Assembly: GCA_050010755.1 (NCBI GenBank)
Contig: JBEKKK010000001.1
Location: 1,056,001-1,120,000, forward strand
Direction of reading: 5' to 3'
DNA length: 64,000 bases
Source of the DNA: Candidatus Bathyarchaeia archaeon
GTDB lineage: Archaea > Thermoproteota > Bathyarchaeia > Bathyarchaeales > Bathycorpusculaceae
The notes beneath the pieces are model-generated. The model did not search any database, had not been told where the DNA came from, and was given only the letters and a program-made list of their open reading frames with translations. The position numbers were made by a program, and so were the translations under genes. Shown one piece after another: positions 19,242 through 28,187 of this stretch. The stretch's first letter is position 1; every line of letters begins with the position of its first letter.

Positions 19242-20786
19242 TTGGCTTCGAAACCCGTCAAAATCACGGATACCACTTTTCGGGATGCGCACCAGAGCCT
19301 ACTCGCCACCAGAATGCGGACCGAGACAATGCTTCCAATAGCTGAGAAGATGGATAAAGTCGGTTTCTTCTCGCTGGAGGCCTGGGGCGGGGCGACGTTC
19401 GACGTTTCAATTCGTTTTCTAAACGAGGATCCTTGGGAACGTATCCGAGAGCTGAAGCGGCACGTTAGACGGACACCGCTGCAGATGCTTCTGCGGGGAC
19501 AGAACGTGGTCGGCTATCGCAACTACCCGGACGACGTAGTTATAAAGTTCGTCGAAAAAGCCGCTGAGAACGGTGTCGACATTTTCAGGATATTCGACGC
19601 GTTGAACGACATTAGAAACATGGAAGTCGCAATCAAAACAGTCAAGAAGGTCGGGAAGCACGCGCAGGGGACAATCAGTTACACCATAAGCCCAGTCCAC
19701 ACTGTCGGACATTTCGTGGAATTTGCGAAGCAGCTCGCAGCGTTGCATTGTGACTCTATCTGCATAAAGGACATGGCTGGCATGCTCGCACCGCAGCCCG
19801 CGTACGACTTGATCAGGGCTCTGAAGAAAGAAGTGGAGTTGCCAGTGCATTTGCACACTCATAGCACCAGCGGAATGGCGATGATGACCTATCTACGCTC
19901 TTGCGAGGCGGGTGTCGACATCTTAGACACAGCATTCTCTCCCTTGGCATGGGGCACGTCTCAGCCGCCTGTGGAGTCCGTCGTCGCGGGGCTCAGGGGA
20001 ACGCCATATGACACGGGTCTGAACAGCGAGCTTCTGGACGAAATTGCACAATATTTCAGAGAACTGCGCGAAAAGTACTATGATCCATTGAAGCTCATCG
20101 ACCCGAAGGCTGAAAGAGTTGATGCCTCGATAATCGTTCATCAGATTCCTGGTGGAATGTTTTCCAACCTGTTGGAGCAGCTTCGCGAGCAGAAAGCACT
20201 TGACCGGCTGAACGAGGTTCTCGAAGAAGTGCCTAAGGTCAGAAAGGAGCTAGGATATCCACCTCTTGTGACGCCTACCAGTCAGCTGGTGGGAATACAG
20301 GCCGTCCTAAACGTTATTTCAGGAAAACGGTACAGCATCGTTCCGAATGAAATAAAGGACTATGTTCGAGGCCTCTATGGAAAACCCCCGGGGCCGATAG
20401 ACCCAAAAATCAAGAAGAAAATCATCGGCGACGAGGAACCCATAACAGGCCGCCCAGCCGACAAGCTGAAACCAGCACTGGACAAGATACCAGAAGATGT
20501 TAAGCCTTATCTGGAGACTGAAGAGGACAAGATTACCTACGCACTTTTCCCTCAGACGGCCTTAGAATTCTTCAAAAAGAGAAAAGCCAGGCACCAGGAG
20601 ACGAAACCGGCAATCGCGCCTGAAAGGCTTGCTGAACTCGAAGAAGTTGCCGCACTATCAGCCACACTTGCTACCGTCACTACATACAGTTCGGGCATCC
20701 AAGCACTTGTCCAGCACCGCCCCAAGGGGACGATATCACCATGGGTTCTTGCAGGCCGCCAGAGCATGACAGAAAGAGGCGGCTAG
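19242..20786 (+). CDS. Pyruvate/oxaloacetate carboxyltransferase (transcarboxylase 5S / OadA / PycB family) without a biotinyl domain
   Basis: RDAHQSL, WGGATFD, MLLRGQN, IKDMAG, HTH metal ligands, HQIPGGM, PPLVTPTSQ; no MKM motif. Confidence 0.92.
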   Translation: MASKPVKITDTTFRDAHQSLLATRMRTETMLPIAEKMDKVGFFSLEAWGGATFDVSIRFLNEDPWERIRELKRHVRRTPLQMLLRGQNVVGYRNYPDDVVIKFVEKAAENGVDIFRIFDALNDIRNMEVAIKTVKKVGKHAQGTISYTISPVHTVGHFVEFAKQLAALHCDSICIKDMAGMLAPQPAYDLIRALKKEVELPVHLHTHSTSGMAMMTYLRSCEAGVDILDTAFSPLAWGTSQPPVESVVAGLRGTPYDTGLNSELLDEIAQYFRELREKYYDPLKLIDPKAERVDASIIVHQIPGGMFSNLLEQLREQKALDRLNEVLEEVPKVRKELGYPPLVTPTSQLVGIQAVLNVISGKRYSIVPNEIKDYVRGLYGKPPGPIDPKIKKKIIGDEEPITGRPADKLKPALDKIPEDVKPYLETEEDKITYALFPQTALEFFKKRKARHQETKPAIAPERLAELEEVAALSATLATVTTYSSGIQALVQHRPKGTISPWVLAGRQSMTERGG

Positions 20787-20788
20787 AA

Positions 20789-21346
20789 TTGCCTACCTAC
20801 GAAGCCACCATAAACGGCAAACAAAGAAAAATCGAACTGAACAGAACCTCGCCAAACTCTTTCACAGCCAAGGTGGATGGCAAACTGCGGCAAATCAAAC
20901 TTCAAAGAGACGGAATCACTTCGGAAGAAGCCTCTGTCATAGAAATAGACGGCAAAACCTACAAAGTTGAACTGTCCAAAACCGAGCCGGGAAAGAAGAT
21001 TCCTGTCAAAGTGGAGGAAGCCAAGTTTGAAGTGGAAGTCCAGACTGCAAAGAGGGGACAGGCGTTTACGAGTTTCGAACCGACACTTCAAGTTGCCGCG
21101 AAAAAAACGGGAACGATGAGGAAGGCTGGTGTCGAGGGTGCGGTGACCGCTCCCATGACTGGCAGGATAGTTAAGGTCAAGGTGAGGAAGGGCGACCAAA
21201 TTAAGGCGGGCCAGGTTCTGTGCGTGGTTGAAGCGATGAAGATGGAGAATGAGATCTCGGCTCCCCGAGCTGGGACGGTTCAAGAGGTAAATGTTGCCGA
21301 TGGAACGCCTGTGAACGAAGGGGAAACGCTCTTCGTAATAGGTTAG
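20789..21346 (+). CDS. Biotin carboxyl carrier protein
   Basis: C-terminal biotinyl domain APMTG...EAMKMENEI; TTG start 2 nt after the upstream stop. Confidence 0.92.
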   Translation: MPTYEATINGKQRKIELNRTSPNSFTAKVDGKLRQIKLQRDGITSEEASVIEIDGKTYKVELSKTEPGKKIPVKVEEAKFEVEVQTAKRGQAFTSFEPTLQVAAKKTGTMRKAGVEGAVTAPMTGRIVKVKVRKGDQIKAGQVLCVVEAMKMENEISAPRAGTVQEVNVADGTPVNEGETLFVIG

Positions 21347-23034
21347 AAAATGGAAGGCGGTTTGTACTCGCCGAACACTTCTCGCAAGGTTCGGCAGATC
21401 TCGCCCAACGTTGCATACTCCTTCACGGCTTCGAAGATGAGCGGCATTAGGTTCACGTTTTCCTGTTCAGCTGCCCCACGGAGCTTGTGCAAGCTTTCCC
21501 TGGTTTTGGCTTCGTCTCTTCGCTGCTTGACCATTTTCAACTGTTCGACAAGTCTCTTCTCGATGGCTGGGTCTAGCTGTAACAGTTTCATCGGAACCTG
21601 TTCTTCGCTCAGAAAGTCGTTAACGCCTATCACGGTTCGCTTCTTGGTTTCAACGTCCTTCTGGAAACTGTAAGCGCTTTCCGTGATTTCCCGCTGCATG
21701 AAACCCTTCTCGATGGCTGCAACTGCTCCGCCCATGCCGTCGATGTGTTCAATGTATTTCTGTGCTCTCTCCTCAATCTCGTTCGTGAGGGACTCCAAGT
21801 AGTACGCGCCTCCCAAGGGATCAGCAGTTTCCGTCACTCCACTCTCGTGGGCGATTATCTGCTGCGTCCTAAGGGCAACGGTGACTGCCTGTTCGCTCGG
21901 CAATGCGTAGGCTTCGTCGAAGGAGTTCGTGTGCAGAGACTGTGTCCCCCCAAACACGGCTGACAACGCCTGCAGCGCCACTCGGACGATGTTGTTGTAG
22001 GGTTGTTGAGCGGTGAGTGAAACACCGGAAGTCTGAGTGTGGAACCGTAGCATCCAGGAGTTCGCATTCTTGGCTCCGAAGCGTTCCCTCATGATTCGCG
22101 CCCACAGACGCCTCGCAGCTCTGAACTTTGCAATTTCCTCAAGGAAGTTGCTGTGTGCTGCGAAGAAGAATGACAACCTGCCTGCGAACTTATCCAAGTC
22201 CAGTCCTCTGTCGATCGCGGCCTGAACATACGCGATGCCGTTGGCGAGTGTGAACGCGATTTCCTGAACTGCCGTGGAACCGGCTTCTCGGATGTGGTAT
22301 CCGCTTATGCTGATGGTGTTCCATTGGGGCATGTTTCGGCTGCAATACTCGAAAATGTCTGTTACCATGCGCATCGAAGGCTTGGGCGGGAAAATGTACA
22401 TGCCTCTAGCGACGTATTCCTTCAGAACGTCATTTTGCACGGTCCCCCCAAGCTTGGGTTGCTCGACACCCTGCTTTTGCCCCACGACGGCGTACATTGC
22501 GAGCAGAACGTTTGCCGGAGCGTTAATGGTCATGGAAGTGGTGACCTTGTCGAGGGGAATTCCGTCAAATAAGACTTCCATATCTCGTAGCGTGCTTGCG
22601 CTGACTCCCACTTTACCTACTTCGCCGAGGGCCATTTGATCGTCACAGTCGTAGCCGACTTGCGTTGGAAAGTCGAACGCCACGCTTAAGCCTGTTTGGC
22701 CGTGGCCGAGCAGGTATTTGAAGCGTTGGTTCGTCTGCTCTGCAGTTCCGAAGCCCGCGTACTGGCGCATGGTCCAATATCTCGCTCGGTACATCGTTGG
22801 ATAAACGCCGCGGGTGAAGGGAAAATCTCCTGGAAAACCCAAATCAAGCAGGTAATCGACGTTTTTGGTTTCGATGGGAGTGTAAACTCGGCTGACTGGA
22901 ATATGGGAAGTTGTTGAAAACTCGCCTCTCTCTGGAAGCTTGTCGAAGCTTTTCAGGACTGTCTCTGCTTCCCATTTTTGCTTGTGCTGAACGATTTCAT
23001 CAAGCTTTTGCTTGTCAGATGGCAAGAGATGCAC
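21343..23034 (-). CDS. Methylmalonyl-CoA mutase family, substrate-binding (large) subunit
   Basis: [49 protein letters not shown]; no DxHxxG B12-binding domain; start approximate. Confidence 0.92.
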   Translation of the reverse strand: MHLLPSDKQKLDEIVQHKQKWEAETVLKSFDKLPERGEFSTTSHIPVSRVYTPIETKNVDYLLDLGFPGDFPFTRGVYPTMYRARYWTMRQYAGFGTAEQTNQRFKYLLGHGQTGLSVAFDFPTQVGYDCDDQMALGEVGKVGVSASTLRDMEVLFDGIPLDKVTTSMTINAPANVLLAMYAVVGQKQGVEQPKLGGTVQNDVLKEYVARGMYIFPPKPSMRMVTDIFEYCSRNMPQWNTISISGYHIREAGSTAVQEIAFTLANGIAYVQAAIDRGLDLDKFAGRLSFFFAAHSNFLEEIAKFRAARRLWARIMRERFGAKNANSWMLRFHTQTSGVSLTAQQPYNNIVRVALQALSAVFGGTQSLHTNSFDEAYALPSEQAVTVALRTQQIIAHESGVTETADPLGGAYYLESLTNEIEERAQKYIEHIDGMGGAVAAIEKGFMQREITESAYSFQKDVETKKRTVIGVNDFLSEEQVPMKLLQLDPAIEKRLVEQLKMVKQRRDEAKTRESLHKLRGAAEQENVNLMPLIFEAVKEYATLGEICRTLREVFGEYKPPSIF

Positions 23035-23155
23035 CTTAAGGCTAGACTGTCTGAGAAGCATAAAAGAATTGTCGGAAACCTGCACCTTCCGAAAGCTGGG
23101 TAGGAACTGAAACAGATATATAGCGACTTCAAGTCTAGATAACATTGGCGCTCGG

Positions 23156-23455
23156 GTGCCTTCTTTGAGAGTTAAGGTTGAATATCTGGGCCACATCAAG
23201 AACATGCTTGGCAACCGCCGAGAGGAAGAGATTGACGTACATGACGATACGTCGATATGCGACCTGCTAACGGTGCTTTCTGAGAAGCACGGGAAGTCAT
23301 TCAAGGAGGCCCTTTATGAAGCCGGCGGAAAGGACATAAAGTCAAATTTCATAGCCACGGTAAACGGTTACCTTCTTAATCAGTTAAACGGCCTTGAGAC
23401 AAAACTCAAGAACGGAGACCACGTGGTGCTGATGCCCATCGTGAGCGGCGGCTGA
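23156..23455 (+). CDS. MoaD/ThiS/SAMP ubiquitin-like sulfur carrier
   Basis: 99-aa beta-grasp-like sequence ending in VSGG. Confidence 0.88.
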   Translation: MPSLRVKVEYLGHIKNMLGNRREEEIDVHDDTSICDLLTVLSEKHGKSFKEALYEAGGKDIKSNFIATVNGYLLNQLNGLETKLKNGDHVVLMPIVSGG

Positions 23456-23518
23456 GCAAAGGGACAAAGCATTTTAGCCCAGAATTATAAACGGCTCCTT
23501 TGTTAACGGTGAAAAGCG

Positions 23519-24592
23519 TTGGACAGGGTAGAGGCTTTAGGCGAATTGGCTTTTGAGAAGAAGAGTTTCGACGCGTTTCTGGTTGGTAACGAAAAGAACC
23601 TGCTGTATCTTACCGGAACTCCGGGCGCGTTCTGTCTACTGATTCCAAGAAGAGGCGAAAGCACACTCTTCGTCTACGGTACTAATTACGAGCAGACGAA
23701 AGCGGAAACAAAAAGCTTCAATGTTGAGCTTCTCAAGCGAGGAGACGAATTTTCTGACAGAGTCGCACCATTGCTCAAGGCATCTAAGATTGAGAAAATT
23801 GCGGTGGACGCGCTGAGCCATGATTTCTACCGCTTCCTTGCCAAAGGTTTCCGGGGACGCGCTAGAATGAAAGTGCAGAGTGGACTCATCTGGAATCTGC
23901 GCAGAGTCAAAGAAGAAGAAGAAATTCGACTCATGCGAAAGGCCGGAACGATTACAAGTGCAGGTATGCAGGCAGCTTATGAAACCATTAGACCAGGGAT
24001 TACCGAAATCGAGGTTGCCGCGGAAATCGAGTACGCGATGCGCAGGGAGGGCGGCTGGGGAACGGGATTCGAGACCATAGTAGCATCAGGCGTCCGATCG
24101 GCCTACCCGCACGGCGGGTGCGCTGACAGAAAAATCCGCGCAGGAGATCTTGTAGTCGTGGACATTGGCTCCAGCTATGAATACTATCTTTCGGACATGA
24201 CAAGGACAATCGTGGCTGGAAAATCCTCTGAAAAACAAGCGAAAATGTACGAAGCTGTCAAAACGGCCCAAGAAAAGGCATATCAAGCAATAAGAGCAGG
24301 AGCAAGAGCCAAAGACATAGATCTGACAGCCCGCAAAAAACTAGAGGACGCAGGGTACGGGCCGTATTTCGTCCACTCTCTGGGCCACGGTGTAGGCTTG
24401 GACATTCATGAACCTCCCGGCTTAGGAGCGACGAGCAAAGACGTATTGGTCGCCCGCAACGTTGTGACAAACGAGCCCGGAATATACATTCCTGACTTCG
24501 GAGGCGTTCGCATCGAAGACACCGTCCTGGTGGGAGAGGGCAAAGCCGAGAAACTTACGAAGGGTCCGTACACCCTGGAACCCGAAAAATAG
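23519..24592 (+). CDS. Xaa-Pro aminopeptidase (M24B)
   Basis: VVVDIG, SDMTRT, HSLGHGVGLDIHE, TNEPGIY, GVRIED. Confidence 0.92.
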   Translation: MDRVEALGELAFEKKSFDAFLVGNEKNLLYLTGTPGAFCLLIPRRGESTLFVYGTNYEQTKAETKSFNVELLKRGDEFSDRVAPLLKASKIEKIAVDALSHDFYRFLAKGFRGRARMKVQSGLIWNLRRVKEEEEIRLMRKAGTITSAGMQAAYETIRPGITEIEVAAEIEYAMRREGGWGTGFETIVASGVRSAYPHGGCADRKIRAGDLVVVDIGSSYEYYLSDMTRTIVAGKSSEKQAKMYEAVKTAQEKAYQAIRAGARAKDIDLTARKKLEDAGYGPYFVHSLGHGVGLDIHEPPGLGATSKDVLVARNVVTNEPGIYIPDFGGVRIEDTVLVGEGKAEKLTKGPYTLEPEK

Positions 24593-24647
24593 TTGACCAT
24601 AAACTTTTTCTATTCTTTACTCATGAATTTACTCAGGAGCTGAGTTC

Positions 24648-25205
24648 TTGGACTATAAGGCTGTGATTGTTCTGGACATGCTGAACGACTTCGTCACCGG
24701 AGGTTTGAAGTGCGAGAGATGCGTGCACATCATTCCAAACCTCAAGAAGCTTGTGGTCGCAGCCCGCAAACAGGGAGTACCCGTCATTTACGCCAACGAT
24801 GCGCATCTTCCCGTCGATGAAGAGGTCGTTGAAAGATGGGGAAAACACGCGATAAAAGGCACCAAGGGAGCAGAGGTTATCACTGAGCTCAAACCACAGA
24901 AAAAGGATTACGTTGTTGAAAAACACACGTACAGCGGCTTCCACGAAACAGGCTTGGACATGCTTCTCAGGAGCCTGTACCATGGCGAAGGCGTCAAAAC
25001 AGTCATTCTTACGGGGTTACACACCAACATATGCGTCAGACATACGGCGGCAGATGCCTTCTTCAGGGGCTACAAGATAATAATAGCAAAGGACGGCGTT
25101 GAAGCTTTCACCAAAGAAGATCACGAGAAAGGATTGGAATACCTAAGAAACATCTACAACGCAAAGATTAAGACCATTGACGAAATCATTAGTGGTTTCA
25201 GTTAG
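24648..25205 (+). CDS. Isochorismatase/nicotinamidase-family cysteine hydrolase
   Basis: LDMLNDF, DAH, KHTYSGF, TNICVRHTA. Confidence 0.88.
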   Translation: MDYKAVIVLDMLNDFVTGGLKCERCVHIIPNLKKLVVAARKQGVPVIYANDAHLPVDEEVVERWGKHAIKGTKGAEVITELKPQKKDYVVEKHTYSGFHETGLDMLLRSLYHGEGVKTVILTGLHTNICVRHTAADAFFRGYKIIIAKDGVEAFTKEDHEKGLEYLRNIYNAKIKTIDEIISGFS

Positions 25206-25648
25206 CCTATTTTCCTCTTTCTCTTGTTCTAGCTGAAGGAAACAGTATTTACCAGAATCAAAACAGAATGTCATAATCTGCATTGCTGACAGGTTTTTCA
25301 ATAAAACTGAAAAATCTGAATAAGAAATCGGCTTTTCATCGGTTTTGAAGGGGTTCTATCTTGTCTTTTGGCAAATTCGATTCAAAAACGGAGGAAAAAC
25401 TTAAAAGCAAGATGTGCATGCATAGTGGGAATTGAATGAGGGAAATGGTAGTTAAGTTTTTATCCCTTCTCTCCTTTCTCCCCTCGTAAGTAAAACTACC
25501 ATCTTCCCTCATCTTCAATTTAAGGCGATCATTAAGCACTTATAGGTTGTGGAACAAAGTTCTATTCTTACAGAAAACATGCGTTTGAGCAGGATGACTC
25601 AAGACTTAAAACGGCATCACGTCATTAGAATTTCGGAGCGTAGCGCAC

Positions 25649-26128
25649 ATGGCAAAAGTTCTGATTGTTTATGATTCCGAGACCGGTAATACGGAGAAAA
25701 TGGCGTTGGCGGTTGCTGAGGGTGTAAAAGAGGTTAAGAGCGTCGAGGTGAGCGTGAAGAAAGTTGAACAGGCATGCCTCGATGACCTTTGCCGAGCTGA
25801 CGGCATCATAATGGGTTCACCAACGTACTATGGACAAATGTCGGGCAAACTCAAGATGTTCATCGACAGCTCGGAGAAGATACATGGGAAGCTTGAAGGA
25901 AAAGTTGGAGCGGCTTTCACAAGCTCAGGCGGGACGGCAACTGGTGCTGAAATAACACTTCTCTCGATTATCGAAACAATGCTGGTCCACGGAATGATTA
26001 TCAGAGGCAGATCGGATGACAAACACTTCGGCGCGGCGGCCGTTGGAGCACCCCACGCAAAAGAGATCGAATACTGCGAGGAACTCGGAAGAAGAGTCGC
26101 ACATCTTGTCCTCAAGCTAGAAGAATGA
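25649..26128 (+). CDS. Flavodoxin / WrbA-like NAD(P)H:quinone oxidoreductase
   Basis: YDSETGNTEKMA FMN loop, GSPTYYG, GKVGAAFTSSG. Confidence 0.88.
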   Translation: MAKVLIVYDSETGNTEKMALAVAEGVKEVKSVEVSVKKVEQACLDDLCRADGIIMGSPTYYGQMSGKLKMFIDSSEKIHGKLEGKVGAAFTSSGGTATGAEITLLSIIETMLVHGMIIRGRSDDKHFGAAAVGAPHAKEIEYCEELGRRVAHLVLKLEE

Positions 26129-26349
26129 ATTGATTTTGCGCGCGCGGAGCGACGCTTTCTCTGGTTTTGGGCGCTCGGATCTACGAACGCGTTCGTAGCT
26201 CATGTCAGTTGAGAATCAATACTTAGGAAAAAGATGTATCAATGCTTCTAACCATGGAGTTGCAGCGACAATATGAAATCGTATGACACAGTATTTATTA
26301 TAGGCTACGCAATAGTCAAGGCTAACGAAGGATACAACACGCTGACAAC

Positions 26350-26991
26350 ATGGGATTAATGAAGGGGGTGAAAGATGTCATGATCAAACTTCGAAAGAAT
26401 CATAGGGCCTTAAGCCAGGTTGTGACCACGTTAATCATACTTGTAGTGGCTGTGCTTCTTGCGACAGTCGTGGTTTTTTACGCTATCAATGTGGTGAGTA
26501 CGAGAGTCCAGGACGAAAGCCTCAGCTTGACAAATGAACACATATGGGTCAATTCAACCGCAACAGTGGGGACTGCAAACTACACTGTTGCAGCTTTGAT
26601 GATAACGAATACAGGAGGCAGAGACGTTGTGCTGAGCAATATCGCGGTTCGTGGCCAACAATGTCCATGGAACGCAACTACCGATCCAACAAACCAAAAA
26701 TTCGTTCTATACTGTACATTAGATGCTGCCATACAGTCAGACTTAGTCTATGTTCCAAATTTCAACTACACTAGCGGGGCGAACGATGTGGTCATTTCAG
26801 GAACACAATACAACTTTACAGTAGCTAACAATCCCTTAGTGTTGAAGTCTGGCAATACCATGCTAGTTTACATTGTCAACCCTGATAGCGTCAGAGTCAA
26901 CGACGTTGGTATCTCAACGAGCATTGCAGTTCACTCGGCACAGGCAGTGTACTATACAGAAGTTAACGTCGAAGCAGTGGCTTCCTCCTAG
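26350..26991 (+). CDS. Archaellin-like / type IV pilin 1
   Basis: Class III signal peptide KNHRA^LSQVVTTLIILVVAV; TNTGGRDVV and NDVG motifs shared with pilin 2; many NxS/T sequons; start may be ATG 26380. Confidence 0.82.
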   Translation: MGLMKGVKDVMIKLRKNHRALSQVVTTLIILVVAVLLATVVVFYAINVVSTRVQDESLSLTNEHIWVNSTATVGTANYTVAALMITNTGGRDVVLSNIAVRGQQCPWNATTDPTNQKFVLYCTLDAAIQSDLVYVPNFNYTSGANDVVISGTQYNFTVANNPLVLKSGNTMLVYIVNPDSVRVNDVGISTSIAVHSAQAVYYTEVNVEAVASS

Positions 26992-27134
26992 CTTTGTCTT
27001 TTTCTTGTCACTCTTGTTTTTCATGTGAACATGGAGAGAATATGTATCGCGCATGAAGACATCTATGACGTGCGAGTCACTTCAGAAATCAAAACAAAAA
27101 AACAAGAGGAAAAGAGAAAAAGGGTGGTGTTGCT

Positions 27135-27707
27135 TTAAGCTGCGTTGACGTTGGTTTCTTTGATATAGGTTGCCTGCGCGCTGAAGATTGATATGTCGAT
27201 TGTCAGACCCACGTCATTCACCGTGACGCTGCCTGGTGCAATGCCCGTCGGGGTTTGCGCCATGTAAACTGCTACGCTGCTGCCAGATGCTAGGACTATC
27301 GTGTTGGTATGTAAGAACTTGCCTGAATAGCCGAAACCCGTAGGAGCAGTGACACTAGTGCTAATGTTTGTCGTTTGGCTAACATATGGCAAGTCACCCT
27401 GTACAGTCACCGGGAAGTAGAAAACATAGCTTGAATTCATGGACTGTCCTCGGACTGCGATGTTTTGTAAGACAACGTCTCTTCCGCCTGTATTGGTTAC
27501 CATTATGGCTGCCTCCGCCGCTCCTTCCGTGGTGTTGTACCATACGTGTTGATATGTCAGGTTTAGGCTTTCATTCTGGACTCTTGTGCTGACCACGTTG
27601 ATAGCGAAGTACGTTACGACTCCTGCTAATAGCACTGAAACCACTAGAATAATCAGCGTCGTCACAACTGTGCTTAGAGCTTTACGATTTCTCAACAGGT
27701 TCTTCAT
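27135..27707 (-). CDS. Archaellin-like / type IV pilin 2 (paralogue of pilin 1)
   Basis: Class III signal peptide RNRKA^LSTVVTTLIILVVSV; near-identical N-terminal helix to pilin 1 (AINVVSTRVQ.ESL). Confidence 0.85.
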   Translation of the reverse strand: MKNLLRNRKALSTVVTTLIILVVSVLLAGVVTYFAINVVSTRVQNESLNLTYQHVWYNTTEGAAEAAIMVTNTGGRDVVLQNIAVRGQSMNSSYVFYFPVTVQGDLPYVSQTTNISTSVTAPTGFGYSGKFLHTNTIVLASGSSVAVYMAQTPTGIAPGSVTVNDVGLTIDISIFSAQATYIKETNVNAA

Positions 27708-27756
27708 TATTTATCTCCTGACCACCCTTAACAGCCATTTCTGATATGACAATTTG

Positions 27757-27777
27757 TGTGTAGAACAAAGCTACACA
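27757..27777. promoter_or_regulatory. Palindromic site TGTGT-N11-ACACA upstream of pilin 2
   Basis: tgtgt agaacaaagct acaca, 50 bp from the pilin 2 start; recurs at 28126 and 39025. Confidence 0.6.
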
Positions 27778-27836
27778 TAACCTGTGAGAATAGATGAATA
27801 CTTGGAGAAGAGTGATTAAGAAGGAAAATGGAGTTT

Positions 27837-28135
27837 TTATGGTCTTACTGCGTTGACGTTGGTTTCTTCGTAGCACGTTGCCTGCACGGTGAAAACTGAT
27901 TTGGCTATCGTCAAACCTATGAAGTTGACTGAAACTGCCAAGCGACGAGTGGCCCCCTCTGACACCATGGGGGTTACCATAGTATTACCCGAATTCGCTT
28001 TTTCTCAAAGCACTTTGTTTAAGGTCTCCGATTTTGCAGGTGGAAACTTTGCTCTTATTTCTACTTCAATTCCATTATCTTTTCCGTCTTCATTCGTGAA
28101 CGAAATAGTAAAACCATGCTCAATATGTGTGAGGT
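27837..28135 (-). pseudogene. Decayed third pilin copy (C-terminal part, no signal peptide)
   Basis: Minus-strand frame reads ...SGNTM...VSVNFIGLTIAKSVFTVQATCYEETNVNAVRP*, versus pilin 2 VTVNDVGLTIDISIFSAQATYIKETNVNAA*; DNA ctgcgttgacgttggtttctt is shared; in-frame TGA at 28005-28007; similarity upstream of about 27990 is weak. Confidence 0.7.
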
Positions 28136-28146
28136 TCCTCTACACA
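28126..28146. promoter_or_regulatory. Palindromic site TGTGT-N11-ACACA upstream of the pilus operon
   Basis: tgtgt gaggttcctct acaca, 42-60 bp before the first operon gene. Confidence 0.6.
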
Positions 28147-28187
28147 CACATCAACATATCGCATCGACACGCCAACATTGTTGAAAG

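Noticed and set aside
23035-23304. Long N-terminal extensions in the ORF track (mutase here; likewise asnA 3500-3682 and birA 13303-13371)
   Set aside because: They overlap neighbouring genes or promoters and precede the conserved domain starts
25336-25539. 67-aa minus-strand ORF
   Set aside because: AT-rich, no motifs, doubtful start; may be a relic but unsupported
28005-28007. In-frame TGA in the pilin remnant as possible selenocysteine or readthrough
   Set aside because: No start or signal peptide upstream (a TAG precedes the frame), no SECIS seen, and the hydrogenase uses Cys; decay is simpler
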